A DNA stretch of 64,000 nucleotides from Candidatus Falkowbacteria bacterium (GTDB lineage Bacteria; Patescibacteriota; Patescibacteriia; Patescibacteriales; UBA12465), in the NCBI GenBank assembly GCA_037132255.1, contig JBAXPN010000001.1:276113-340112 (forward strand), read 5' to 3'. The notes under the pieces are model-generated. The model had not been told where the DNA came from, ran no database searches, and saw only the letters and a program-made list of their open reading frames with translations. Position 1 is the stretch's first letter. Every line of letters begins with the position of its first letter. Positions 1 to 9,317 of this stretch are shown here, piece by piece. The position numbers and the translations under genes are program-made.

Positions 1-1020
1 AATAATTGTTTCCGCGAGCCCAACGCCGTGTCCGATTATTGGGCTCTCCATTACATAAGTAAAACTGTCTCGATAGAGACCAAGCCGCCAACCAATTGAG
101 CCATAAGGATCGGACTGAAAGATGGTATTAAATCGCTGCTGAAAAGAAAAGGAAGCGACATAAAACACGAGTAAACCGACGCCGGCAATCAACAAAAACT
201 TTCTAAATTTAAGTAGCCCGACCAGAATAAAAATCAAAATAAGCGCGACATAAGCGCCGCGAGTATAAGTGTAAATTAAAATAAAACTCAAAAAAACCGC
301 GATCACTAAGTAGATATATGATTCTAGCCGCGTCTTTTTTACAGTTAAAAAAATAAAAATCGATAGGGTAATTGGCAATAATAGATAGAAGGCAAGCATA
401 TTCGGATGCGCCATTGTCCCGTAGACTCTAATAATATCCCCCTCAACCAAACCACGTCCAGAAATAAACTGAATGAGCGCGACTCCGGCCGGAATTAATG
501 AAGAAAAAATTATTATCTTAATCAATTTTGTTAAGTCTTGGCTTTTTTTAATTAACGTTGCTCCGAGCGCAAAACTGAAAAAAATACTGATATAGCGCGA
601 TAACTCTTTAACCGAACTAAGAGTATCGAAAGAATAGGTTAAGGAAACGAGAGACCAAAGGATAAATAATATCCAAAGAACAACTAATTTATTTTTTCGC
701 AAAGCAGAAAAATTTGCATATAAAGCAATTAGTGAAAAAAGAAGCATAAATCCTCCGTAAACAAAAAGTAAGTTAACATTCACCGTTCCAACAGAGAATA
801 GTTTTTGCTCGGTTGCGAAATCAATCACCGGGCGCAAAAAAAGGAAAAGAAAAAAACCAAAGCGATAATTTAATAAGCTTAATAAAAAAACCAAGCCGGA
901 GCCGATTAGAAAAAACTTGGCAATATTATCGAGAGGCAAAAATAAGACTAAAAGCGCCGCCAAAAGATAGGCAAGCGTGATAGCCCCAAAAATTTCTCGA
1001 CTTCTTAATTTATCGGCCAT
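1..1020 (-). CDS. O-antigen ligase / Wzy-like polytopic membrane protein (3' end runs off the window start)
   Basis: ATG at 1020-1018 on the minus strand. The first ~20 codons at the window edge (nt 1-60) have no in-frame stop; the rest of the frame was not checked codon by codon, but no competing ORF is listed for 1-1081 and a gene with no stop in the window would be absent from the ORF track. N-terminus MADKLRSREIFGAITLAYLLAALLVLF..., hydrophobic throughout. The last residues in the window, ...YVMESPIIGHGVGLAETII, resemble the conserved loop of the O-antigen ligase/polymerase family. Confidence 0.55.
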   Translation of the reverse strand, partial: MADKLRSREIFGAITLAYLLAALLVLFLPLDNIAKFFLIGSGLVFLLSLLNYRFGFFLFLFLRPVIDFATEQKLFSVGTVNVNLLFVYGGFMLLFSLIALYANFSALRKNKLVVLWILFILWSLVSLTYSFDTLSSVKELSRYISIFFSFALGATLIKKSQDLTKLIKIIIFSSLIPAGVALIQFISGRGLVEGDIIRVYGTMAHPNMLAFYLLLPITLSIFIFLTVKKTRLESYIYLVIAVFLSFILIYTYTRGAYVALILIFILVGLLKFRKFLLIAGVGLLVFYVASFSFQQRFNTIFQSDPYGSIGWRLGLYRDSFTYVMESPIIGHGVGLAETII

Positions 1021-1081
1021 ATTATGATATAATTATATTATTACTCTAATTTTAACTTAATTTTGCCCAAAAAGTCAAAAT

Positions 1082-2305
1082 ATGAAAATACTCCAAGTTA
1101 ATAAATTCTATTACCCAAAGGACGGCGTAAGCAATTATTTGCTCGGCCTTGAAGCAAAGCTCAAAGACTTAGGGCATGAAGTTCGCGTTTTTGCCATGGA
1201 TAATCCAAAGAATATTAGCAGCGACACTCAGAAATATTTTGTTTCCTACTTATCATTCGATAAAAAAGGCCTTCTTAACGCCTGGCGCTCTTTTGCACGT
1301 ATATTTTACAGCCTTGAAGCTAAAAGAAAATTTAGCTCGCTAATCGAAGACTATAAGCCTGATATTATCCATATACATAATATTTATCATCAAATTTCGC
1401 CCTCAATTTTAAGCGTCGCTAAGAAGAAGAATATACCGGTGATAATGCATCTTCATGACTATAAATTAATTTGTCCGAATTATAAGCTATTTACTGAAGG
1501 CAGTATTTGTCGGCGCTGCCAGGGAGGGAGATATTATAATTGCGCATCTCATAAATGTTTAAAAAACTCCTATCCTAAAAGTATTGCGGCTACGCTCGAA
1601 ATGTATTTTCATCACGATATCTGGAAAATTTATAAAAGCGGCGTTAAACTCTTTATCGCCCCCAGTAGATTCATGAAAAAAACCTGCGAAGAATTTGGCT
1701 GGCCGGCCGAAAAAATCATCTGCCTACATAACTTTTTTAATGATCAGGGTGCTAAAAATATTAAGACCAAGCAAGATATAAATCATGAATATCTATTTTA
1801 CTTCGGTCGCCTCTCCGAAGAGAAGGGTGTAAATGTTCTCTTAAATGCCTTAAGTGAAAACAAATACAAACTGAAAATTGCCGGTGAGGGACCAGAAGAA
1901 ACAAAACTAAAAAATTTAAGCACCAAACTAGGACTTAATGAGCGGATAGAATTTCTCGGTTTTAAATCAGGCGAAGAATTAGATGGCCTAATCTCAAACG
2001 CTAAAGCGATAATTATTCCTTCAATCTGGTATGAAAATATGCCACTTAATATGCTTGAGGCTATGGCGAGAGAAAAAATTGTAATCGCGTCAAATATCGG
2101 CGGGATGCCGGAAATAATAAACGATGGTCAAAATGGACTACTATTTAAAGCCGGAGATAAGGATGATTTAATTACCAAACTTAAACTCCTTGATGATCTC
2201 GATACTAAACAAATGGGGGAACGAGCCGCTGAAGCCGTCAAAAATTTAAACGCCGATACTCACGTTAAAGAGATTATAAAAATATACGAGCAAGTCCTCA
2301 AATAA
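1082..2305 (+). CDS. glycosyltransferase family 4 (GT-B, RfaG-like)
   Basis: 407 aa. C-terminal GT1/GT4 signature ...YENMPLNMLEAMAREKIVIASNIGGMPEII.DGQNGLLF. Cys-rich insert CPNYKL..CRRCQGGRYYNCASHKC in the N-domain. Confidence 0.85.
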   Translation: MKILQVNKFYYPKDGVSNYLLGLEAKLKDLGHEVRVFAMDNPKNISSDTQKYFVSYLSFDKKGLLNAWRSFARIFYSLEAKRKFSSLIEDYKPDIIHIHNIYHQISPSILSVAKKKNIPVIMHLHDYKLICPNYKLFTEGSICRRCQGGRYYNCASHKCLKNSYPKSIAATLEMYFHHDIWKIYKSGVKLFIAPSRFMKKTCEEFGWPAEKIICLHNFFNDQGAKNIKTKQDINHEYLFYFGRLSEEKGVNVLLNALSENKYKLKIAGEGPEETKLKNLSTKLGLNERIEFLGFKSGEELDGLISNAKAIIIPSIWYENMPLNMLEAMAREKIVIASNIGGMPEIINDGQNGLLFKAGDKDDLITKLKLLDDLDTKQMGERAAEAVKNLNADTHVKEIIKIYEQVLK

Positions 2306-2307
2306 CA

Positions 2308-2337
2308 AAAACACCGGTATTAACCCGGTGTTTTTTA
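2308..2337. terminator. bidirectional rho-independent terminator between convergent genes
   Basis: Stem ACACCGG (2311-2317) / CCGGTGT (2325-2331), 7-nt loop. A-run before and T-run after. Confidence 0.75.
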
Positions 2338-2354
2338 TTGAATTAAACCAAGCT

Positions 2355-3635
2355 TTAACGAATATCAACTGAGATGCTATAGCTAAGTTTCGAAGTTTCG
2401 CCCGTAACTTTTACATCATAACGACCGTGAATAAGAGATGGAGTTGTTATATCTTTAGAGAAGCGACCGTTATTGTCAGCCTGGGCAGGGAAAGTAGTTC
2501 CGCCTAAATTAATTGTTAAAGGCTCTTGCGCCCAGAAGCCTCCGCCGGAAACAGTTAAAGGTGTCCCACCTAAACTATAATAATGATTTAAGATTAAGAA
2601 GAGATTCTCATTGGCTGCGCTGGTCGCGGTAGTTACTGTAGATTTGATCGAATCAATTTTCTTTAAATTACTATCAAGCACGACGATATTTGAACCGTTA
2701 AAAACAACTATCACGTCACCACTAGCAGTATTTACAACCTTAAGGCCCATCGCCCAGCCCTGGGGACCGCCGACTTCATTAGTAAAGGCATATTTTGAAA
2801 CTTTAAAATCATCCTTAGACATTTTGACAACTCCCATTCCGTTTGAGAAATAAAAATAAGGATTATCATAAGTGCTATCAACTTCGTACCCCGGTTGTTC
2901 TAAATGCTTAAAAGAAGCTAATTGATTTCCATTTAGATCGAACTTCTTAGTATAGGAATCATCAATCGCGTAAATTTCATTTCTGGCAATATCATAATAG
3001 GCGCGATGATTATTTGTCTTATAAACAAAGTTAAAAGGAATCTCGCGAACGAGGGCGCGAGTACTACGATCATAGATTTTTATCTTATCGTTATCAACCG
3101 CAAAGATGTATTGCTGACTGCCATTACTGCGAATACTATAGGGATTACCAACATTAAAATTATAAGAATCGATAATTTGTAAATCAGAATTAAAAATTTT
3201 AATGCCTTTTTCGCTGATAGTAGCAATATTATCGCCTAAACGATCAACACGTTGATACCAGTCCCAATAGTTATTTGTACTTTTATTAACAAGTTGAGCA
3301 GAACTAAGGGTCGATATATTGTATTTATAAAGAGTATATTGAGAAACCGCATAGACATATAAGCCGCTGCCTTCAACACTCAATTTAATATCGGAAAAAC
3401 CATCATTCGTATTAAAAAGATTGTTATAATTGTTCATTTCCAGGGTCTTGGTGATAACTTTATCCTCGACTTGGAAAACTTCGAGCTTACCAGAATTGAC
3501 TGTAGCGAAAACTACCTTATTATTAAAGTTTACCGCATCGCCAGAATAATATGCTTGAAGCTTACTATTGGTTTTTCCGACTAAAAAGAAGAGGGAAATG
3601 GCTGACAAGGCTAAAACTATGCCTATTTTTTTCAT
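2355..3635 (-). CDS. secreted repeat protein (beta-propeller-like body, C-terminal Ig/IPT-like domain), function unknown
   Basis: 426 aa. N-terminal signal/anchor MKKIGIVLALSAISLFFLVG. Repetitive beta-strand-rich sequence. C-terminal ~80 aa (GGTPLTVSGGGFWAQEPLTINLGG...YDVKVTG) looks like an Ig-like fold. Confidence 0.6.
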   Translation of the reverse strand: MKKIGIVLALSAISLFFLVGKTNSKLQAYYSGDAVNFNNKVVFATVNSGKLEVFQVEDKVITKTLEMNNYNNLFNTNDGFSDIKLSVEGSGLYVYAVSQYTLYKYNISTLSSAQLVNKSTNNYWDWYQRVDRLGDNIATISEKGIKIFNSDLQIIDSYNFNVGNPYSIRSNGSQQYIFAVDNDKIKIYDRSTRALVREIPFNFVYKTNNHRAYYDIARNEIYAIDDSYTKKFDLNGNQLASFKHLEQPGYEVDSTYDNPYFYFSNGMGVVKMSKDDFKVSKYAFTNEVGGPQGWAMGLKVVNTASGDVIVVFNGSNIVVLDSNLKKIDSIKSTVTTATSAANENLFLILNHYYSLGGTPLTVSGGGFWAQEPLTINLGGTTFPAQADNNGRFSKDITTPSLIHGRYDVKVTGETSKLSYSISVDIR

Positions 3636-3707
3636 AAATTTATTAATTTTTAGCTAATATTGAACAAAATATATTAAAATGCATCATTTGCTCTTATCTA
3701 ACTAATA

Positions 3708-3736
3708 ATAATACAAAACTAGGCTTAATTTGTCAA
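3708..3736 (-). promoter_or_regulatory. sigma70-type promoter for the 2355..3635 gene
   Basis: Minus strand TTGACA (3736-3731), 17-nt spacer, TATTAT (3713-3708). About 70 nt upstream of the ATG at 3635. Confidence 0.5.
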
Positions 3737-3789
3737 TATTAATACGCAAAAAGCAAATTGAAAAATATCAAAATTATTGGACATAACTA

Positions 3790-3818
3790 TTGACAAAGTT
3801 TTTAATATGTATTATAAT
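3790..3818 (+). promoter_or_regulatory. consensus sigma70 promoter for the wzz-like gene
   Basis: TTGACA (3790-3795), exactly 17 nt, TATAAT (3813-3818). Divergent from the promoter at 3708-3736. Confidence 0.65.
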
Positions 3819-3856
3819 ATATTATTAATCAATAAACTATAAATAGATTAAATACT

Positions 3857-4663
3857 ATGGAAGTTAAAGATTTTTTCCACATTTTAAAGCGTCGTAAAGG
3901 AGCTGTGATTGGCGCTTGGCTTATTTTTATAATTATTGGCGCCGGTGCAACCTTTATCCAACCTCTAAAATATGAAGCTAATTCTCGATTACTAATTGTC
4001 CAGAATATCTCCGGAGTCGATCCTTATACGGTTTCTAAATCCAATGAATATTTGAGTAATCTTTTTTCACAAGTTGTTTACTCTAATTCATTTTTCGAAT
4101 TAGTAACAGGCTCAAATAATTTTGATATTGATAAGAGCTATTTTTCCGATAATTACAAAAAGCAAATGAAGATTTGGCAAAAGACAATTACAGCCAAAAG
4201 TAATAGCGCCGGTATCATTGAAATTTCCATATACCACCCAAATGCCTATCAAGCTAAACAGATTGCGCTAGGTGTTAATGATGTTCTTATTAACCAAGGT
4301 TTTAATTACCAGGGCGGCGATCAAAGCATTAAAATAAAAATTATCGACCAACCTTTAATTTCCGACTATCCGGTTAAACCGAATATTATTTTTAACTTTC
4401 TCGCTTTTTCTGCTCTCGGTATTCTCGCTGGCTGTATCTACTTATATTATTCACCAAATAAACGCTCATCCGTACAACAAGCTTCCCGACAAGCAAATGC
4501 GCTGTCGAAACAAGAGTTTCAAGCAGTTTATAGCTCCCACCAGAGTTATAATAAGCAGGCAGGCCATCCGGCCGAAAAAGTGATGATTAATGAAGATATT
4601 CCGGAAGAAAATATTGAGACCCCTGTTCACGGCGATATGCGTAATCTTATCAATCGATTTTAA
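3857..4663 (+). CDS. Wzz / polysaccharide chain-length determinant family protein
   Basis: 268 aa. N-terminal Wzz-type pattern (FFHILKRRKGAVIGAWLIFIIIGAGATFIQPLKYEANSRLLIV), a second TM near residue 180-200 and a polar C-terminal tail. Confidence 0.65.
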   Translation: MEVKDFFHILKRRKGAVIGAWLIFIIIGAGATFIQPLKYEANSRLLIVQNISGVDPYTVSKSNEYLSNLFSQVVYSNSFFELVTGSNNFDIDKSYFSDNYKKQMKIWQKTITAKSNSAGIIEISIYHPNAYQAKQIALGVNDVLINQGFNYQGGDQSIKIKIIDQPLISDYPVKPNIIFNFLAFSALGILAGCIYLYYSPNKRSSVQQASRQANALSKQEFQAVYSSHQSYNKQAGHPAEKVMINEDIPEENIETPVHGDMRNLINRF

Positions 4664-4782
4664 TTTTATCTTTTAATTATAGACTTTAGCCCTTTACCGG
4701 GCTGAGGCTTGTAATCAAAAATACGAGCTATTCAAGGCGAATAGTAACGAACTTTAACAACAACAAAAAAACCAAACATACG

Positions 4783-5643
4783 ATGAGAAAACTCCTTTTA
4801 TTTTTTGTGGTCTTATTGGTTTGCGCCTGCATTCCAAATAACACCCAGGCTCAATTTGAGTCGCCACTAACAAACTTCAGCTTATACGGTGGCAATATCT
4901 ATTTCAGCAATCAACACGGAGACGGTACGGCTCGTTGGGCTGAATCGCGTATTCTGTTCGGAAGAGGCAACGACTACAGACTTCTAAGTATTGGCGGCTT
5001 CGTCAACTACAATGAAGTTGGTTCAAAAATAGACTCTTTCCTGTACCACGATGTGGAATGGGCGGGCGGTCTAGCCATGAACTTCGGTTCGCAATACTGG
5101 ATGGACTATAATGAAGTTTGGGGCTGGCTCAATGTCGGACTCAAATTCACAAATGACCACGGTGCAATTGCACAATATGACACAAAGCAAAAAGACGAAA
5201 TGTTTTATGCCTTTGGCGGTATTATGTTCAAAAACACCATGAATAGGGGGCCATTCTTTATTAAAAAATTTATGGTCACCTACCAGCAGCCGTATACAAG
5301 CACACGCAACGCCTACTGGGAAGGGAAAGCTACTTATGACACAGCCTCAAACAAAGGCTATCTGAAATTAATAGCCGAAAACACCTTCTGTTCGTTACCT
5401 ATAACTCGCTCGGAAAATTTACGTTTCGAACCGAAAATTATGGGTGCTGCTACTTACCAATTCTTGAATAAGCAAGTTGTTTATTCATTAGGAATTGGAG
5501 TAACCCTGGCTCGCGCTTATAGCCAGGAGATTATGACGCTTGATGCCGGAATCAAATTTGACCCGGTAAAACCAGGTAATATGTACTCAGTTGGAGTGCT
5601 AGTCAACTTTGTTGAACTAGCAAAAGCTATTGCAAACAAATAA
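4783..5643 (+). CDS. secreted beta-barrel-like protein (outer-membrane-protein-like), function unknown
   Basis: 286 aa. Signal peptide MRKLLLFFVVLLVCACIPNNTQAQ ending in the AQ-type cleavage context common in Bacteroidota. Alternating hydrophobic/aromatic beta-strand pattern rich in Y/W/G/N. Confidence 0.55.
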   Translation: MRKLLLFFVVLLVCACIPNNTQAQFESPLTNFSLYGGNIYFSNQHGDGTARWAESRILFGRGNDYRLLSIGGFVNYNEVGSKIDSFLYHDVEWAGGLAMNFGSQYWMDYNEVWGWLNVGLKFTNDHGAIAQYDTKQKDEMFYAFGGIMFKNTMNRGPFFIKKFMVTYQQPYTSTRNAYWEGKATYDTASNKGYLKLIAENTFCSLPITRSENLRFEPKIMGAATYQFLNKQVVYSLGIGVTLARAYSQEIMTLDAGIKFDPVKPGNMYSVGVLVNFVELAKAIANK

Positions 5644-5682
5644 CAATTAATAAAAATTAATAACCCACAAAAAATCGTAATC

Positions 5683-6558
5683 ATGAAAACATGGATGAAA
5701 TGGGCACTAGGTGTCTTAACGCTTATCGCTTTTGCAGTATTGTTCTTTTTCAGCTTCCAAAGCTGCAATAAAAACGACAAAACAAAAATAAGCAAAAGTG
5801 ATTCAACCGCAATCGCACAAAGCAATCAAAACAATCAACTTAAATCTGACCTGGAAGACTGCAATGAATACTCGAAAAGTATGGGGGACTCACTCCGTTG
5901 GACGCGCGAAGAACTTTGCGCCGCTAACGCGATGATTGTATCGCTTAACGATTCTATCTTCAAACTGAACACCTTGCTTGATAACTGTATGAAAGGCAAA
6001 AAGAAAGCTGTGGCTAAAAAAACAGCGGTTCGTTCGACATCTAAGAATACCTACACACCAGAACCTCAACCACAAAAACAAAAAACAATTGTAGCTGCTG
6101 ACAGACCAAGCCGATCAGAAAACAATGCTCTGTGTGGCGATATGTATGCCGGCGACTATAACGGAGAGTATGGAACAACCATAAATGATGAAAGCCAATT
6201 GGTTTTCTTTATGAGCAACAAGGTTGTTAACGCCGGAGAAGGCAAATTACAATTACCAGCGCCTCTTCTGAACTCAACTTCTGGCCAGGACTTTTATTGG
6301 GACAAATCCAAAAATCTATGGATTTGTGAAACAAATATCAATATTACGATTGCCAGGCTTGAAAGCGGGGACCCGGTTGACTGGGCTGCATATATTGGAA
6401 TGCATCCTCAATGGAACTACGAAATGTGGTTGCCGGATGAAGTTGTCAAAACAAAATCAGCCTCATCAAAAACTGCAATCGCAAACGGAGAAATCTGGAT
6501 GCATGAAAAAGATTCAGGAAGCGCCTTCCGTATGCACATCCAATTTCACAAAAAATAG
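5683..6558 (+). CDS. membrane-anchored or lipoprotein-like protein with coiled-coil segment, function unknown
   Basis: 291 aa. N-terminal hydrophobic segment WALGVLTLIAFAVLFFFSFQSC (possible lipobox Cys), heptad-like region, K/P/Q-rich linker and a globular C-terminal domain. 39 nt downstream of the previous gene. Confidence 0.55.
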   Translation: MKTWMKWALGVLTLIAFAVLFFFSFQSCNKNDKTKISKSDSTAIAQSNQNNQLKSDLEDCNEYSKSMGDSLRWTREELCAANAMIVSLNDSIFKLNTLLDNCMKGKKKAVAKKTAVRSTSKNTYTPEPQPQKQKTIVAADRPSRSENNALCGDMYAGDYNGEYGTTINDESQLVFFMSNKVVNAGEGKLQLPAPLLNSTSGQDFYWDKSKNLWICETNINITIARLESGDPVDWAAYIGMHPQWNYEMWLPDEVVKTKSASSKTAIANGEIWMHEKDSGSAFRMHIQFHKK

Positions 6559-6578
6559 CAGAATATCTGTTAAAAAAT

Positions 6579-6606
6579 AAGGCTTAGATAAAACTAAGCC
6601 TTTTTA
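6579..6606 (+). terminator. rho-independent terminator of the 4783-6558 gene pair
   Basis: Stem GGCTTAG (6581-6587) / CTAAGCC (6594-6600), then TTTTT. Confidence 0.7.
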
Positions 6607-6630
6607 ATTTGTAAAAAATAACTAAAGTAT

Positions 6631-6667
6631 AATTAAAACCCCGTCTCTTTAGATGGGGGACGGGGTT
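6631..6667 (-). terminator. rho-independent terminator of the 6706..7914 gene
   Basis: 9-bp GC-rich stem AACCCCGTC (6637-6645) / GACGGGGTT (6659-6667). T-run follows on the minus strand. Confidence 0.65.
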
Positions 6668-6705
6668 AAGCCAATGTATTTATTTAATAGGAAAATTGAT
6701 AACTG

Positions 6706-7914
6706 TTACTTTTTTATAACGCTGATGCTATAAGCTCTTTCGCTACTTTTCATAGTAGCGAGCTGAATGCCAAGCATTTCATTAGTGGCATCATAGAATT
6801 TAGACTGCGTCATGTCGCCATATACGGTCGGATTGGCCAAATTTGGGCCAAATTTGAAGTATAAACGACTGTTATCCTGCTTAATTGAAGCGATACTGAA
6901 AGTTTTGTAACCCCATCCCGTATTCGAGATTATGCGAAGTGCAGAATTAGACCAATTGCTCTGGTGGACGGACGAAATGAAAGGCTGAGATCCATTAGAA
7001 TATTGGGCGTAGTTAATAAAGATTCTGAGTGAATCGGTAGCAACTGTCGCTCCAAGCATTAAGGAATCACGTACCGTTGGTGGATACGAACCGGCAATTT
7101 GATCACCATCTTCACCTGGATAATAAACTATTCCTGGGGAAAAGGTATAAAATTGCCCGTTAAAAGGGTATACGACATACTTTCCACTGCCTGCGCCGGT
7201 AAATACCCAGAACTTCGAGTTTGGGCTATAAGACCATCTGGTTTGTTGTCCGAAATGCAAGTCCTGGGGCGTGTTGTTTGGGAATATTAGGTGCTTAGTG
7301 ATGTAAATTTCACCATTAATGTTCGTATACTCCGGACAAGCCGGTGGATTCGTCCAATTACAGAAAGTACCTGTAACAAAAGGGATTTGTCCGGCAGCGT
7401 AAGGAGGAGGAGAAAAACTACTGATAGTAGAGGCTTTAAAGCCTATATTATAATCATAACCACCTGCTACTTGTTGGTAACCCAGAACGACGATAGTATT
7501 ATCATCCGCGTAAGTTAATGATGCCTTAATCCACAGGGTGCGTGTTGTTACAACACCGGTTAGGGGGTTAGTCGCCGTTGATACTAATTGATATTTGCCT
7601 ATCGCATATTCGTGCTCTACACGAGGTGTATTCAAGATGGCCCCACCGTCGCCGAAGTTCCAGGTGTACTGGTAGTTTGCTCCAGCCGGTAGTGTTGGTA
7701 AGTTCTCCCACCAGAATTTGATTACCAGGTTTGGTAAGGTTTTTAGCGTGTCGGCGGTCACAGCTCCTGTTGATTTTAACACAGCCTTACTGTAATCATC
7801 GACGGGCTTTCCAGAAGGGAAATCATTTTCAGTTATTTTTTGGCAGTTTGCCAACAGAAACACAAGCGGGATAATCATCAACCACTTGTTAAACGCAATC
7901 ATTCTTTTTTTCAT
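6706..7914 (-). CDS. lipoprotein with PKD domain, function unknown
   Basis: 402 aa. Signal plus lipobox-like MIIPLVFLLANC. PKD signature YQYTWNFGDGGAILNTPRVEHEYAIGKYQLVSTATN. Long beta-rich C-terminal region. Confidence 0.6.
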   Translation of the reverse strand: MKKRMIAFNKWLMIIPLVFLLANCQKITENDFPSGKPVDDYSKAVLKSTGAVTADTLKTLPNLVIKFWWENLPTLPAGANYQYTWNFGDGGAILNTPRVEHEYAIGKYQLVSTATNPLTGVVTTRTLWIKASLTYADDNTIVVLGYQQVAGGYDYNIGFKASTISSFSPPPYAAGQIPFVTGTFCNWTNPPACPEYTNINGEIYITKHLIFPNNTPQDLHFGQQTRWSYSPNSKFWVFTGAGSGKYVVYPFNGQFYTFSPGIVYYPGEDGDQIAGSYPPTVRDSLMLGATVATDSLRIFINYAQYSNGSQPFISSVHQSNWSNSALRIISNTGWGYKTFSIASIKQDNSRLYFKFGPNLANPTVYGDMTQSKFYDATNEMLGIQLATMKSSERAYSISVIKK

Positions 7915-8030
7915 GATTATTGGATTTGGGGGTTAGTACTAATTTTCCTATTAAGTTTTGAAGGTACGGAATTTTAGACCTTCTATCAGTTAACTAAATT
8001 TAATTAATTAGCTGAATGAAGGGCCTAAAA

Positions 8031-9131
8031 TTATACAACGCTTTTATAAACTGCTAATACTTGGTCTGAAATATCGTTCCAATTATAATCAGTCTTAACG
8101 CGCTCTAATGCTTTTTGGCCATATACTTTAACTTGTTCTGGTTCGGCCAGCATGATTTCTAATTTATTCTTTAAATCACTAACATTTTTATTCTCAAAGA
8201 TATACCCAGTTTCGCCCAGAGCCTCCTTATTTGCCTCAATATCGCTTACTAAGCAAGCCTGGCCATAACTCATAGCTTCAAGCAGAGCAATCGATAAGCC
8301 TTCGCTTTCTGAAGGTTGGACAAAAGCATAAGCATTCGAATATAGTTCTGAAAGGACTCGGCTAGTTTGGTTACCAGTAAAAATTATATTTGGGTTATCG
8401 GTAGTAGAAAGATGTAGTTCATTTACATAGTCATCGGTATGCGAGCCTTCGCCAACAATTACTAATTTCTTATCAGTATTTAATTCCTTATAAGCATTAA
8501 TTAAATGTTGAATACCTTTATGTCTAACTAGACGGGAAATAGAAACTAAATAATTTCCTTCTTCAAGTCCCCAACGGCGAATTTCGCGAACAGGAGTTCT
8601 CTTGGTAATAGTTGCACCATTTGGAATATAGATAGCTGGTTTATTATAGCGACTTAATACATAACGATTAAGTTCTTTTGAGATCGTAATAATCTTATGG
8701 GCTAATGCGCAGCCAACTTTTTCGCCAAATTTTAAATAAGCACGCGCTGCCTTGCCCCATTTCTGATGATAATAATCCTGGCAATGGAAAGTGAAAACGA
8801 CCGGAGTTCTTGGTTTAAGAATTCTAACTAACCAAATCAGGGAAGAGGGGCCAATTGATTGAAAATGAATAACGTCAACTTTACGTCTCATAAGATCAAG
8901 ACAGGCAAAAAAAGTGAAAGTAATCGCTTCTAAATTTTTACCGGGAAAATTTGGTAAAGCGATGATTTGAATACCTTTATATTCCTTGAGGTCATGGCTA
9001 TAATTACGTCGCGAGTATACTAATACTTTCTGGCCTTTGGAGACCAGGTTAAGGGCTAGACTTTCGACGTATCTTTCGACACCTCCAGTCTTGGCCGGTA
9101 TTCCTTTTTGTCCAATAAACGCGATTCTCAT
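8031..9131 (-). CDS. glycosyltransferase family 4
   Basis: 366 aa. MRIAFIGQKGIPAKTGGVERYVE N-terminus and C-terminal ...PSESEGLSIALLEAMSYGQACLVSDI (E-x7-E region). Confidence 0.85.
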   Translation of the reverse strand: MRIAFIGQKGIPAKTGGVERYVESLALNLVSKGQKVLVYSRRNYSHDLKEYKGIQIIALPNFPGKNLEAITFTFFACLDLMRRKVDVIHFQSIGPSSLIWLVRILKPRTPVVFTFHCQDYYHQKWGKAARAYLKFGEKVGCALAHKIITISKELNRYVLSRYNKPAIYIPNGATITKRTPVREIRRWGLEEGNYLVSISRLVRHKGIQHLINAYKELNTDKKLVIVGEGSHTDDYVNELHLSTTDNPNIIFTGNQTSRVLSELYSNAYAFVQPSESEGLSIALLEAMSYGQACLVSDIEANKEALGETGYIFENKNVSDLKNKLEIMLAEPEQVKVYGQKALERVKTDYNWNDISDQVLAVYKSVV

Positions 9132-9317
9132 ATATTTAATTTAACTGGATATCATACCACTCTATAAAACATTTGTCAACACTTTAACGAAAAATTATCC
9201 ACACCGACAAGGGAATTAGAGAGCTATCTGGCATTTCCTTGTAATACTGGCTTAAATATGGCTTTATGCTTGCTAGCTCAGAGACTCCCATTTCCTTATC
9301 AATATACTTTTTTTCAA

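Larger units (their letters stand above)
4680..7990. other. compositionally atypical 3-gene island (candidate horizontally acquired or chimeric segment)
   Basis: Hand count: 45/102 G+C at 7000-7101 versus 33/100 at 8100-8199. More G/C-ending codons. Own GC-rich convergent terminators at 6579-6667. Flanked on both sides by host-like AT-rich glycan genes. No integrase, transposase or flanking repeats were seen. Confidence 0.6.

Noticed and set aside
4690-4712. Hairpin AGCCC-TTTACC-GGGCT after the wzz-like gene, as a terminator or island boundary repeat.
   Set aside because: The stem is only 5 bp with no U-tract, and no matching sequence occurs at the right island boundary (7915-8030).
6326-6580. 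Overlapping ORFs within the island: 6326..6580 (+), 5517..5825 (-), 5890..6081 (-), 7099..7290 (+) and 7291..7518 (+).
   Set aside because: All are nested in or antisense to the three longer ORFs that have signal peptides and domain motifs. Higher GC in the island inflates the length of random ORFs.
9195-9203. Perfect DnaA box TTATCCACA, plus a one-mismatch TCATCCACA at 10116-10124, as a possible replication origin.
   Set aside because: There are only two boxes about 1 kb apart. One lies inside the out-of-frame methyltransferase C-terminal coding remnant. No dnaA or dnaN gene and no AT-rich unwinding element with clustered boxes are present. The location is 8 kb from a dif-like site, so a chance occurrence is plausible.
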